Below are positions 1 through 11,009 of a stretch of DNA of 64,000 nucleotides, piece after piece. Where the stretch lies: the NCBI RefSeq assembly GCF_964355755.1, contig NC_092677.1, forward strand, positions 28,507,175 to 28,571,174, given 5' to 3'. The position numbers and the translations under genes were made by a program. How positions within the stretch are numbered: the first letter of the stretch is position 1; each line of letters begins with the position of its first letter. The notes below the pieces were generated by a model that did no database searches, was not told the DNA's origin, and worked only from the letters and a program-made list of their open reading frames with translations. The stretch is from Antedon mediterranea (taxonomy: Eukaryota; Animalia; Echinodermata).

Positions 1-2536
1 AGAGTCAGTTTTTCTAACGTCAGTTACGATTGTTACGTCGATTTTACGTAAGAAACCAACATTTGACAGGAAACCGCTTACGACAATATTTTGGTGAAAT
101 CGACGTAAACGCAAGAAAAATAGACGATCGACAGGAAACCGGGGTATCGAATCTCCGTCTGATACGTCGATTTATCGCGAATTTACAGGAAACCGGGATT
201 TTATTGCTTGCGATTACTTGCGTTGCGTTATTAGCGATTCTTACGTAAAGTTGACTTGGAGTCAACTTTACGTAAGCGTAAGAGTCGTAAGCGCAAGATA
301 TACAATGGAAAAGGATAGGCCTATTTTTAATAGATACGAAAATACGAATTTCATTAATAAAAGCAGCTTTTTTACAACACCTCTTTACCAAAAAAGGATA
401 AAAATTAGCCCTATTAAAAACGTACAATTATATTCAAGTTCTTTCTATTCACACTTTTCTTTATTTTATTGACATATTCTCCTTCCGGTAATTAAGTTCA
501 TTAACTATTCTTTTATTAGGAGAAATGATTCGATGTGTTTAAACAATTTAAACCGGCACTATTTGCTCCATCTGAGTTTTTCTAATCAATGTTTTTGTTG
601 TTTGTGTTGTTATAAGAAGCATGCTATTAGACTCTGATGCAGTAGATGTAATATTAAATACAGAAGGTAAGACATTTAATAACAATTAATAATAATGATA
701 ATAATAGTAATAATAATAAAGTTATTAAATAATATTGCCATTCAATATCCCTCCGCACTTAATAATAAGAAGCATACAGTAAATATACTTGTTAAATAAA
801 TTTATTTACAAATACATTCTGCACAATACTATTTTATGGATTAGGCCATTTATATAAATTCTCAAAAACAATAGATGCATACACCATGGCATACAGAATA
901 TATAATACCGACAATAAACCTTTAACTAAATACTATAATTACTTACTTATTAACTAAATACATTTTTAAAAAGCAAACACAAACACTTTTACTGATTACC
1001 TTAAGTGATATACAGTAACTTTCTTTGCATACACTGTGTCACAAAATATATATGATACAGGAAATTAAACCTTTAAATAAATCTAAAAAGTTGAGTACTA
1101 AAACTATAAACATATTTTTAAACTCTGAAACTGTGGTACACTGTAATAACTGTAATTTCTCTCTTTCAGATGGAGCTGAATTAAGGACACAAGTTGATTC
1201 AATCTTTCTGGTGTCATTCTTGTATATCTATTTAATAAAGCAAAACAATTTGTAAATGCAACACATACACTTTCAATGTTGATACATTATCAATGTTAAT
1301 ATCAATGTTTTGTTTAATTTTCAGTGGTACTAGAAGCAGACTTTCTGTTCACATGTAAAAATGTTAATAATAAATAAGTGTGATATTTCCTATGTACTGG
1401 GCAGTATTTACTTTGGAATCATTATAGGCCTCATTTTGTGTTTAAAATTTGCTCTGTAAAAATATTTAACATTTTAAAACTAGTGTTTTGAAGCTTTTCA
1501 ATAATTATTTTAAATCAAAGAAAAATAATTAAACATATATATTTAAAGTGTTTTTCACTTGTTTTTCTTAAGAATGACTACAAATTTTAATTTATAGCAT
1601 TTTCCTGTTAAGCAGCTGAACTACTGTTATTAGTTATAATTATGTGTACAGTATGATAACATTTTTAGTTACAAACATTTAGTTTTTAAACACATTCCAA
1701 CCAAAGGGCATGTAAAAGAAGAGTTTCACTGTAGATCATTTTTGTTGCAGTTTAGAAGTTGGAATTATTGTGTAGAGTGTGTAGTTCCAATACATTAAAA
1801 TGTTAAAATGTTTTTTTTTTAATTTGGCCTATCATATAAAATAAAGTCACACTAAAAAAAAGAGAATTTATGCCTAATTCCAAAGCTAGCCTAGGCCTAC
1901 AGATGGTGGTCCACTTAATTGGGATAGGCCTAGTACTTGTTTGTAGGGCCTAGCCTAGTAGAAGTAGGCTAGTATAGGAGGCCTACTACTACTAAGTACT
2001 AGGGGCCTAGGCTATATAGTAGGTAGGCCTAAAAAAGGCTTTTAGTAGTAGGCTAGCCTAGGCCTAGTATTACTAAGTACGCCTAGGCTAGGCCTACAAG
2101 AAGGCTACGGTCTAGGACATTTTTAGTACAGGCCTCTTGCCTTAGGCCTATATTACAGTAAAATAGTAGTGGTTATGATTTTCCGTTTTATGTAGCTAGG
2201 CCTATGTACAGTATATGCCACACAGCATGTATGCCTTTCTAAGCCTAGGCTGCCTACCTGAAAAACAATTGCCTGACATGGGCAACCATCGATCGAGCAA
2301 ACACAGAAACGTAAGAAAAAATTTCAACTTTACGTAACGATCATAAGACGACCGTAAGCGCTTGATGTTAAAAAAGTCAACTTTACGTAAGGGTCGTTAT
2401 CGGCTCGTGAGCCTGCGGTTCAGAACGATCAAAACGACGTTCACTTTTGTTCAACTTAACGGAAGAGACGTAACAAACGCAACAATCGTAACAAACGTTC
2501 GCATTTCCAAATCTTACGTCGACAGGAAACCAGGCT
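1..2536. mobile_element. Probable non-autonomous PIF/Harbinger-like DNA transposon; left end lies upstream of the window
   Basis: Right end GACAGGAAACCAGGCT followed by TTA (2537-2539), matching a TWA-type target. CAGGAAACC and TCAACTTTACGTAA motifs repeat at 1-300 and 2300-2536. The element cuts the adjacent LINE reading frame at this point. No transposase seen. Confidence 0.55.
1880..2250. repeat. TAGGCCTA/CTAG-rich low-complexity tract
   Basis: Dense AGGCCT, CCTAGG and TAGGCTAG palindromic words. Confidence 0.75.
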
Positions 2537-3790
2537 TTACTTGGTGTGTCCCAAGATAGGCCAAATATGATTCGGGCTGTTCTATTTTGTACAGTTTGTA
2601 CTCTTTTTAGAAAGTTCGAGCCACAATTACCCCAAGATTAGACTACAATAAGTTAGATGTGGAATAATAATAGAATTTGCAATATTTCTTAATATATTAT
2701 TTTGAAAAATGTGTCTACATCGTTTAAGCATACCTAAACCTTTTAGAGCCTTCGCACGAGTATATTCAATATGGTATTTCCAGCTTAGCGTTTCATAAAT
2801 GTTTACACCAAGATGTTTACTGTAGCATACTCTAGGAACTTGAACATTATTTATGTGGACAGAACGTTCTCGGTTTTCAATTTTGGAGAGTTTCTGATTT
2901 GATCCTATTAGCATAAATTCTGATTTTAAGATGTTAAGACTTAGTTTGTTATTCTTCTGCCAATCATAAATGTGTTCAAGTTCATAGTTTATTGTTTGAT
3001 AAATTTCATTTTCATTTTCTGATGCATAATATATAATAGTGTCGTCTGCATACATACTAAGTTTACACTTGTTAACAACGTGTGGCATATCATTTATATA
3101 TATAAGGAAAGCCAAAGGGCCGACGATTGAACCCTGGGGCACCCCGCATTTGATGACCGTACGTTCAGATAACATATCATTGACATTTGTGAATTGGGAT
3201 CTTTCAGAAAGGTAGCTTTTAAACCACTGTATTGTAATAAAAGTCCATATAATCTTAATTTACTCAATAATATGTGATGGTTTACCGTATGAAATGCTTT
3301 TTTGAAATCAAGCATGCATAGACCGACCATCCTACCCTTATCAATTTGACTGTACCAATTTTCAGTAATGTTGGCAAGTGCTGTAGATGTAGAGTACGAT
3401 GGACGAAAACCAGATTGATTTACATATATTAGGTTATTAATATTTGAATATGTATATAGTTGATCAAAGACAGCACGCTCTATAATTTTTGAAATTACTG
3501 GTAGTATAGAAATAGGACGATAGTTACTTGGGTTCGAGTTATCACCTTTCTTAAATATGGGTTTTACCTTTGCAATTTTCCAATTTGTAGGAAAACAGCA
3601 TGTAGTAAACGAATGATTTATAATATGCGTAATAATTGGGGAAATTGTTTGAGCAGCTATTTTATAAATATATGGGGGTAAGTTGTCAAACCCAGTAGCT
3701 TTCTTTGTTGGAAGATTGCTCAGATAGCTAAAGACCCATTCACATGACACGGGTTCAAAATTGAATACATTGTCTGTAATCAATTTTACT
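2537..3790 (-). pseudogene. Degenerate CR1/L2-group LINE reverse transcriptase fragment
   Basis: ORFs 3094-3783 and 2627-3175 carry NYRPISILP, QSGFR, DFKKAF, GVPQGSIVGP and YADD, split by frameshifts. Reading continues GNCGSNFLKRVQTVQNRTARII up to the TTA at 2537-2539. Confidence 0.92.
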
Positions 3791-4534
3791 TTTGGGTTTA
3801 TCTATACCTGCTGCAAGACTGGTATGGGACCTACATTTGAAAATCATATCTTCACAAACATGTATCATAATAATATGTAAACAAATTTGGTACTCTTAAA
3901 TTTCAGGTCATATTTCATCGTATGGCAATACAATTATGTGTGTAGTGCATATAACGCATGTGTTCGCACTTACATTTTCAGAAATTTATTTTTGATGAAA
4001 TTGGGTATGTTTCAGGCTTTTAAAAAATTGCAATGAGTGCACAGATTTTTACATGCATACTGCGCGTTAAACGTTAATTTGCACTCTTTTTGTCAGGTTT
4101 CTTTTTTACAACCTTTCTTTAGTAATTCCATCATATTTTATTCATTTTTCAACATGAAACCTCATTATACAAACACGTCAAAAGTTACAGGCTACGCACG
4201 TGTATGTAAGTTAACAAAATGTTTAAGATATCCTAAATTTTAAAATTAATATAAATAGTCTTTATGAAAGTCGTTGATTATATTATCATTAATTGCATAT
4301 TAGATAAATGTTCAATCCCATTTAGACTCCAAACCAGTTTAATACGATCATTTTCACACCCCATTACCATCCACTAAATAAACTCCAGCATATAAAAATT
4401 ATGATTTTCTGAAAAACCTATGCAAAGTTAATATTGCTTGTTTACAATCTCTACCCAAGTTTGGTCATGTGCCAAGTTCTAGCAACAGTGCGTCAAAGAT
4501 TTAATCTAACCATGCTATAGAACGGATAATGAGT

Positions 4535-4745
4535 TTCATCATCATCCGTTACGCTATTCGTCTTGGGTAGACATTGCGTATGCTAATCGTTTCCATGACT
4601 CTCTTTCGGTGGTCTGATGGTCTGTCATTAATTTTGCAATCGATTTATTTGCTTTTTTGAGTCCTTTGTTTATGTTTCCTATCCAGGTAGTTTTTGGTCT
4701 GCCAACTGGTCTTTTAACTTTTCTAATGGATTCTGTCAACGCTAC
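4535..4745 (-). mobile_element. Short 3' fragment of an RTE-clade LINE
   Basis: KRPVGRPKTTW...RESWKRL C-terminal motif typical of RTE ORFs, followed on the minus strand by a (GAT)n tail (TCATCATCATC on + near 4537). Confidence 0.7.
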
Positions 4746-4802
4746 AGTAATTTGGCTGGATAATGAGTATTAATAGGAAAATGTATTTTGTTTTTCTTAC
4801 AG

Positions 4803-4946
4803 AGACAAACAAAATTAAAAATGGAATCAATGGCGTATATTTACCATAACTCAGCAATTAGTGGTGCTGAATTATTTACAGATGGTGAATTACAATTGCG
4901 GCTCAAGTCTCCACTTGCTCATAAAGGTTCTGATGTTAGATACAAT
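4803..4946 (+). CDS. TMEM231: TMEM231 internal coding exon (144 nt)
   Basis: Acceptor ttttcttacAG ends 4802 and donor GTAAGT starts 4947. Translates RQTKLKMESMAYIYHNSAISGAELFTDGELQLRLKSPLAHKGSDVRYN, which resembles TMEM231 as I recall it (MQSMAF...GSQLYVNGDLRL.Q.QPL...G.D.RYN). Confidence 0.9.
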
Positions 4947-5060
4947 GTAAGTACTCTACAGTACTAGTCTATTTTATCTTCATATAGAGAGTAAATAAAA
5001 GTAAATGAAGTAAGATGAATTCGATCACAATTAATTATTTGAACTGATAACATACTGGAA

Positions 5061-5725
5061 ACTAGAAAGTGCATACCTCCGCCTACTGTAAAATTCTCCT
5101 ACATAAGATTTCTCCGGAAAAAAAAAATAATATATATATTTTTAGTCTTAATGCTGTTTGTGATTTAGGCTAATTTCATTACAAGTATGTGTATGCGAGT
5201 ATGGTGTAATGGTTATGTAACAAGCCTTTCAATTAACAATAGCTTCAGTTGACTAACAATAGAACAGCAACGCGAAAATCAAACGAGTGAATTTGAAAAG
5301 AAATAGGTTTTTTAAACTACTCGCATCAAAAAACGTGCACATTAAATCAAATTATGTTTTAAAATTACAAATCACAAATTGTTCAAAAATGAAGTTTTTT
5401 GGACAAGTAGTTCTCGAGAAAATGCAATTTCAGTTTACTTGTTACTTTAAGACTGCTAGCCGGCTTTTGAAAAATTCTGTCCTATCTTTTAACACTAGCA
5501 GGTCTGAAAAAGTATACTAAAAAGTGGTCCAGAATTGGGGCTGTGGTCCCAAATGGTCCCAAAATTTAATGGAATGGTCCTTGACCACATATCTATCTGT
5601 CTATTCATTTTGGTAAAGATCTTGTGATTACTTTTTGAGTAATCCTGCTAACAAACAAACAAACAAACACAAACAAACAAACAAACACACGCTACCGATT
5701 ACATATACCTCCTTGGCGGAGGTAA
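5061..5725. mobile_element. HINE/DINE-1-like non-autonomous Helentron-associated element in a TMEM231 intron
   Basis: Sub-terminal inverted repeats TACCTCCGCC (5074-5083) and GGCGGAGGTA (5715-5724), terminal hairpin TACCTCC-TTGGC-GGAGGTA, and an internal (AAAC)n microsatellite at ~5650-5690. Confidence 0.65.
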
Positions 5726-5852
5726 ATAAATAATAATGTAGTACTAACCATTGTTTTTGTTACTAGGTTCCTGTCATTAATAAGGGTTAGGGTTAACAAT
5801 TAGGGTAATTATTTGAATAATAATGATTTGTAACAATTGTTTTTGTTACTAG

Positions 5853-5934
5853 GTTCCTGTCATTAATAAGGAAAGCATATTTTCTACTGATTATCAACTA
5901 AAGAATATTTTTAGTAAATATTTGGAAAGAAATG
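5853..5934 (+). CDS. TMEM231: TMEM231 internal coding exon (82 nt)
   Basis: Acceptor tttttgttactAG and donor GTAAAT. Translates VPVINKESIFSTDYQLKNIFSKYLERN+G and is phase-compatible with both neighbouring exons. Confidence 0.88.
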
Positions 5935-6179
5935 GTAAATCCTTTTTGTTTTATTTTTCAAATATTTTTTTCCCATTAAAAGAATTTTGTATAAAATTTG
6001 TATTCTCTAGTAAATTGTGGTGTATGTATGCAGAAAAGGTAGAATTGAAACCACAACATTTTGATTTATTATGTGAGTGTTCAATGTTTTGGGAAAAATC
6101 ATTTTCCTCTTTATCATAAAATTACTAAACAAATGTGTACTGTAAATATGCTAATTATTTATTTTCATAATACCTACAG

Positions 6180-6285
6180 TGACAACCAGTTATGTTTGCG
6201 AGTATCCTGTGTGGATAGCAGATAGAGCGACTTCGCAACATTTTGAGATTAAGGGTGTTATTCGATATCCTCAAGAACTTATTCC
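6180..6285 (+). CDS. TMEM231: TMEM231 penultimate coding exon (106 nt)
   Basis: Acceptor cctacAG ends 6179. Translates (V)TTSYVCEYPVWIADRATSQHFEIKGVIRYPQELI(P) and ends at the U12 donor ATATCCTTT. Confidence 0.9.
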
Positions 6286-6396
6286 ATATCCTTTCCATTA
6301 TTGTATTTCATGCTTATTCATAGGCCTAAAAACAAGCTGACAATTAAGTGAATGATAGATAATTTTACATAATATTGTTTCCTTAATAATGTTTAC
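6286..6396 (+). other. TMEM231: U12-type (minor spliceosome) AT-AC intron, 111 nt
   Basis: 5' ATATCCTTT at 6286, branch site TTTCCTTAAT at 6378-6387, terminal AC at 6395-6396. Removing it gives the in-frame join ELI-P-YIPGFW. Confidence 0.92.
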
Positions 6397-6550
6397 ATAT
6401 ATTCCTGGCTTTTGGTATGTCATCAAATGGGGTTGGATTCAGTATGTTTCTGTTCTTCTTATTTTTATTATGATTATTGGTCGCCTAAAAACTTTTGCAT
6501 TCCAAAACCAGGTAATTGATTCAATTGTTGAAAAGCCTCTAAAAAAATAG
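6397..6550 (+). CDS. TMEM231: TMEM231 last coding exon with C-terminal transmembrane helix and stop
   Basis: YIPGFWYVIKWGWIQYVSVLLIFIMIIGRLKTFAFQNQVIDSIVEKPLKK*, with TAG at 6548-6550. Carries the family-typical PGFW..K..W.QYVS.LLIF and FQNQV motifs. Confidence 0.93.
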
Positions 6551-6656
6551 TTTTTATGCCAATAACTCCGTTACAATACAAACTACTAATTGGAAAGGTT
6601 GCTAGGAGATGTATTATTAATTCAAAAGACATCTAGGTTATTTAATGGGTAAAGAT

Positions 6657-6895
6657 GGGCTTATGTCTACATGGAACTCAACTGGACCCAACATGCCTTG
6701 AGTAATTGACTTCAACTGACTGCAACTCAAAGTAACACAAAATATGTAAACATACATGGTGTTGAGTTGATAAATTCGATGTTACCATATTATTATACTG
6801 TTTCGTATACAACTATACTTGGGAATTTGACATTTAAGCGCTCTTGGTCAACTATCACCTTTCAGTTCAGTTGCACTGAGTTCTGACGTAAGCCC
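6657..6895. mobile_element. Possible degenerate MITE downstream of the TMEM231 stop
   Basis: Inverted ends GGGCTTATGTC and GACGTAAGCCC (10/11 match), with further weak GAACTC/CAACTG similarity. No clear TSD. Confidence 0.35.
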
Positions 6896-7235
6896 TGCTT
6901 TATAAGTGTCTCATAGTTACACTACATTGTAGGTTTTGCAGCTGTGTTCACAAGCGATCTAGTGTTAACCTATTTAGTTAATCTATTTAATTTCTGATTT
7001 ACAACTTGATATCATACAAGAAGACGGGTGGATTCCATGCATATAAACAGCTTCTTTGTAGTTGAAAAATATCGTTACTTATCTTATATAGTTGTAGAGT
7101 ATACTGAACATATTACATAACCCATACTCTTCATGCTTTAAATTATTATTTAAACTATTTATAAATTTTTAACTGATAAAATATTCCAAAGTTGTATATT
7201 ATCTATAATTTTGTTGTTTTTTTTTATAAAACTGA

Positions 7236-7465
7236 TTTACACTCACAGTATCTGAGTGTTTACACTCACAGTATCTGAGTGTTTACACTCACAGTATCTG
7301 AGTGTTTACACTCACAGTATCTGAGTGTTTACACTCACAGTATCTGAGTGTTTACACTCACAGTATCTGAGTGTTTACACTCACAGTATCTGAGTGTTTA
7401 CACTCACAGTATCTGAGTGTTTACACTCACAGTATCTGAGTGTTTACACTCACAGTATCTGAGTG
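7236..7465. repeat. Perfect minisatellite, 10 x 23 bp (TTTACACTCACAGTATCTGAGTG)
   Basis: Ten identical head-to-tail units, each with the internal inverted repeat ACACTCA/TGAGTGT. Confidence 0.97.
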
Positions 7466-7559
7466 TTGTAATGATATTTTGTGGTATTCCTTACTACTGT
7501 AGTATTTGTTATTAAATATTATGAGCTTATTACTGTAACATATATATATGTTTGACATA

Positions 7560-7806
7560 TTTGTCTTGACCTCCTTTATCGTATTTACTGCCTTGAGCAA
7601 CTTGACCCATCTTGATAGCCTTGGACCATCTTGACCCTACCTGAAGAACCTTGTACGTCTTTTCCATCTGGACAGACACAGTATTGGACCATTTAACCCT
7701 GATTTAACCATATTGAATGTCTTGATCGCCTTGGACCATCTTGACCCTCCTGGACTACCTTGACCCGTCTTTGCCATCTTGACGCACACCGTATTGGACC
7801 ATTTAA
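7560..7806. repeat. Degenerate CTTGACC/GGACCAT short-period repeat, left part
   Basis: Recurring CATCTTGAC, CCTTGGACC and GGACCATTTAA. Same family as 9962-10440. Confidence 0.8.
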
Positions 7807-9961
7807 AATGGATATGAAAGGGTTCCTAGCAATATCATTTTATTGGCTCAATGTGTAGATCAGTCAGTTTTAAGCTTGCCATAGTCATACTTAAGGTTTT
7901 GGACGACAACGCCCTCAAAACGCCCCTGGGAAACCTGTGAAAAGCTTTTGTGACGTCACTAAAAGTTATTTTTGTATTACAGAGATAGGAATTTAGGAGT
8001 AAATCATTGATTGATGCGAAAGCATGGCAGTAATTACTTATCGCTTTGATATTTTTATTATTGGATAAGTATGTTAGCTTAATCGAATAAAATTAATTCA
8101 TATTATCAACCATGTTTGTTTTAATTTCGTTTTTCAAGGCCACCTTTCACGAAATTCATAGCCAAATGCCTATCTTGCTGGGTACACAGAGTTATTTTGT
8201 GCATGCGTTAGAATCACAGCGTCGATCACCTTCGGCCTCGATCTCTCGACCCACTCCTCTTGCGAGCGATGTTATTTCGCTATTTATTATACACGTATTA
8301 TTTGAAACATTCATTTTATTATTATTTTGTTCTAATTAACTGAAATTGATGGAAATTCGTCCACATTAAACATCGGAAGGTTAGCCTCTTGTTAACACGG
8401 GTGTTAACATCGTTTTGAGGAAACGGTTGGACGAGTAAATGGTGACAATTCCATGGAGGCCATCCATGGCCTAGCTAGGCCTTTTTAGTAGTGACTGCAG
8501 CTAGCTGGATACGGTGTTTAGTCGCCCGGCCAGAGGTGAGCTGAGAGCGTATGCTCCTTGATGTATTGTCGAGGGTGTTAATGGTAGGCACAATTGTGTT
8601 ACGTTTATTAATATTGTTGTGTGTGGTATGTGTCCGTTTCTGACTAAGGCATTATTAAAATAATTTTTTGTTATTACATGCCTTGGTTAGGCAACTTAGG
8701 ATTTGAGCTTGTATCATATATTATTAATACAGTATAAACAAACAATTCGTTTGTATTTTTACCTACCTACAGGTCTATAATTGCAGTGCTACTATGATAA
8801 TTGTTGGAAGGGATAAGCAAATGCATTGATTGATTGGAATGGAAGTGCAAATGTTAGAGTCAAATTATAATATTAAGGTAACAGATACTGAGCATTGCCA
8901 TTAAGCTGTTGATCAAACCTACATAAATACATTATATTAAATTATTATTTTTTTTTGAGGGCAGATAAACATGTGATATGGAATATAGAATGTATACATT
9001 TGTCTTTGTGCCATTAATTATACTGTATTTATTTTCCTTTTTTCAGGTGAATAGAAAGATGCCCAGCGTACTTTATATAGATGTTACTTTGATCATGCTT
9101 GCACGGTACATATGCAGTATACTAAAGACACCAAGTATAGAATGAGCGTAGACAATTAAAATTACAGAACTAAATATTTATGAAGAATAGTAAAATATGC
9201 ATAATAGAACGCTTTAGACGTGAATGCTATGGTTACAGTCATACTGTAACTATGGTAATGTACTACTAGACAGTACACTAGTACCAATGCATCATATAGT
9301 GTTTGTTTTTAACCATCTAAATAGTGGGTCTGGGTATATAAACAAATAAACGACTACTGTAATTTTTTTATATATTTATTTAGCAAATACTATGTACAAT
9401 GGACATTTATGAAAGAATCCATCACTTGAATATGATGGAGCCGACTGGTGTTGATAGAATTAAAGTGACTACTGTATCACTCAGGTCTCAAAGGTAATTT
9501 ATTACAATCTTTGCAGACACAACTTTTTATTGATTTGTGAAATATCGATATTTTCTACGACTGCAGCAATAGTGAGCTTGCAACACGTGATTCTCGTGTA
9601 TGATGGGTATGTTTATTTTGTTTTACACACCGCGTGTCCGCGAACGAGACAAAATGGTGATTGGCCTGTATTAAAATTCATTAACCAATCGCAAAACGAC
9701 TGCTGCCGTGGCTACAACCCCGGGTGTTTTAAACTCTAAACTTGACGATCTCGTACGTGCGTATAGAACGTTGATAAAAATTAAGATGGCGTGCCAGTTG
9801 GGTCGGCCATTTTGCGGACGTTTTATACAAAAAATTAAATTGTTTGTTATTTCTCAAGTTCTACTAGGTATTTGAATCTAATTTTGTGTGTGTTGTTTAT
9901 TAACATTAAAAGGATTCATACAGTCATTTTTTTGAAATTTTAAATTCCTTTCATATCCAGT
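7807..9961. mobile_element. Non-autonomous DNA transposon with TTAA TSD (Kolobok-like), 2155 bp
   Basis: TIRs AATGGATATGAAAGG (7807-7821) and CCTTTCATATCCAGT (9947-9961), 14/15 match. TTAA at 7803-7806 and 9962-9965. Excision restores GGACCATTTAACCATCTTG of the host repeat. Termini are not piggyBac CCY. Confidence 0.8.
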
Positions 9962-10440
9962 TTAACCATCTTGATCGCCTTGGACCACCTTGACCCTACC
10001 TCGACCACCTTGACCCTAACTCGACCACCTTGACACACACCGCATTGGACCATTTAACCATCTTAGACCATCTTGACCCTACCTCAACCACCTTGGCCCG
10101 TCTTTGACATCTTAACAGACTCCGTATATTGGGCCATTTAACCATCTTGATTATCTTGATCGCCTTGGACCATCTTGAAACTACCTCGACCACCTTGACC
10201 CTACCTCGACCACCTTGACACACACCACATTGGACAATTAAACCATCTTGGACTATCTTGTCCCTACCTCAACAACCTTGACCGTCTTTGCCATCTTGAC
10301 ACACACCGTATTGGATCATTTAACCATCTTGGACCATCTTGACCCTACCTCAACCACCTTGACCCGTCTTTGCCATCTTGATACACACCACATTGGACCA
10401 TTTAACCATCTTGAATGTCTTGATCGCCTTGGACCATCTA
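9962..10440. repeat. Degenerate CTTGACC/GGACCAT short-period repeat, right part
   Basis: Recurring CCACCTTGAC, CCATCTTGAC, CCTACCTC and GGACCATTTAA, arranged in larger repeating sub-blocks. Confidence 0.85.
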
Positions 10441-11000
10441 GACTACTACTACTACTACTTGGAACTACTCAAAACTACTTGTCACTACTCGGAACTACTC
10501 GTTACTACTCGGAATGAAATAAAAAAAGCATAAATACCACCCTAGATAACGGGTTACATAAATATAGTCAGTCAATATTCGAAACTACTCGTAACTATTC
10601 GGAAGTACTCGTAACTACTCGTCACTACTCTGAACTACTCATCACTTCTCGGAACTACTCTGAACTACATGTCACTACTCGTAATTACTCGTCTCTACTC
10701 GGAACTTCTGGGAACTACTCGGTACTACTCGGATCTACTCGAAACTACTCGGAATGAAATAAAAAAAGCATAAAAACCACCCTAGATAACATTTCAATAA
10801 TACAATTCTTTAAATATACACCGATTTTGTTCAAAAAGGTAATTAATAGTCAGTAAATACTCGTCACTACTCGGAACTACTCGTCACTACTAGGACCTAC
10901 TCGTCACAACTACTCGTCACAACGACTCGGAATGAAATAAAAGAAGCATAAAAACCACCCTATAGATAACAATTCAATATTAATACCAATTCTTTAAATC
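10440..11000. repeat. Satellite fragments alternating with three copies of a ~40-bp non-satellite motif
   Basis: GGAATGAAATAAAAAAAGCATAAAAACCACCCTAGATAAC-like motif at ~10511, ~10751 and ~10929, separated by ACTACTCGG/GTCACTACTC runs. Confidence 0.8.
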
Positions 11001-11009
11001 TTAGAACCA

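Noticed and set aside
600-1380. Exon-like signals (donor ~667, acceptors ~1169 and ~1324) as upstream TMEM231 exons
   Set aside because: The translations show no resemblance to the TMEM231 N-terminal half and lie inside the putative transposon. The missing exons are probably upstream of the window.
3805-4490. Possible TIR element (CTGCTGCAAGACTGG / CCAAGTTCTAGCAACAG)
   Set aside because: The inverted match is weak and gapped, with no convincing TSD.
5784-5808. Interstitial telomeric repeat GGGTTAGGGTT...TTAGGG
   Set aside because: Only about two units, too short to distinguish from chance.
7236-7465. CRISPR-like array of palindromic repeats
   Set aside because: The units are contiguous with no spacers, there are no cas genes, and the context is eukaryotic.
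30-10517. Short ORFs such as 30-248, 44-427, 1025-1255, 5287-5520, 8112-8339, 9996-10223 and 10248-10517
   Set aside because: No recognisable domains. They lie in TEs, introns or simple repeats.
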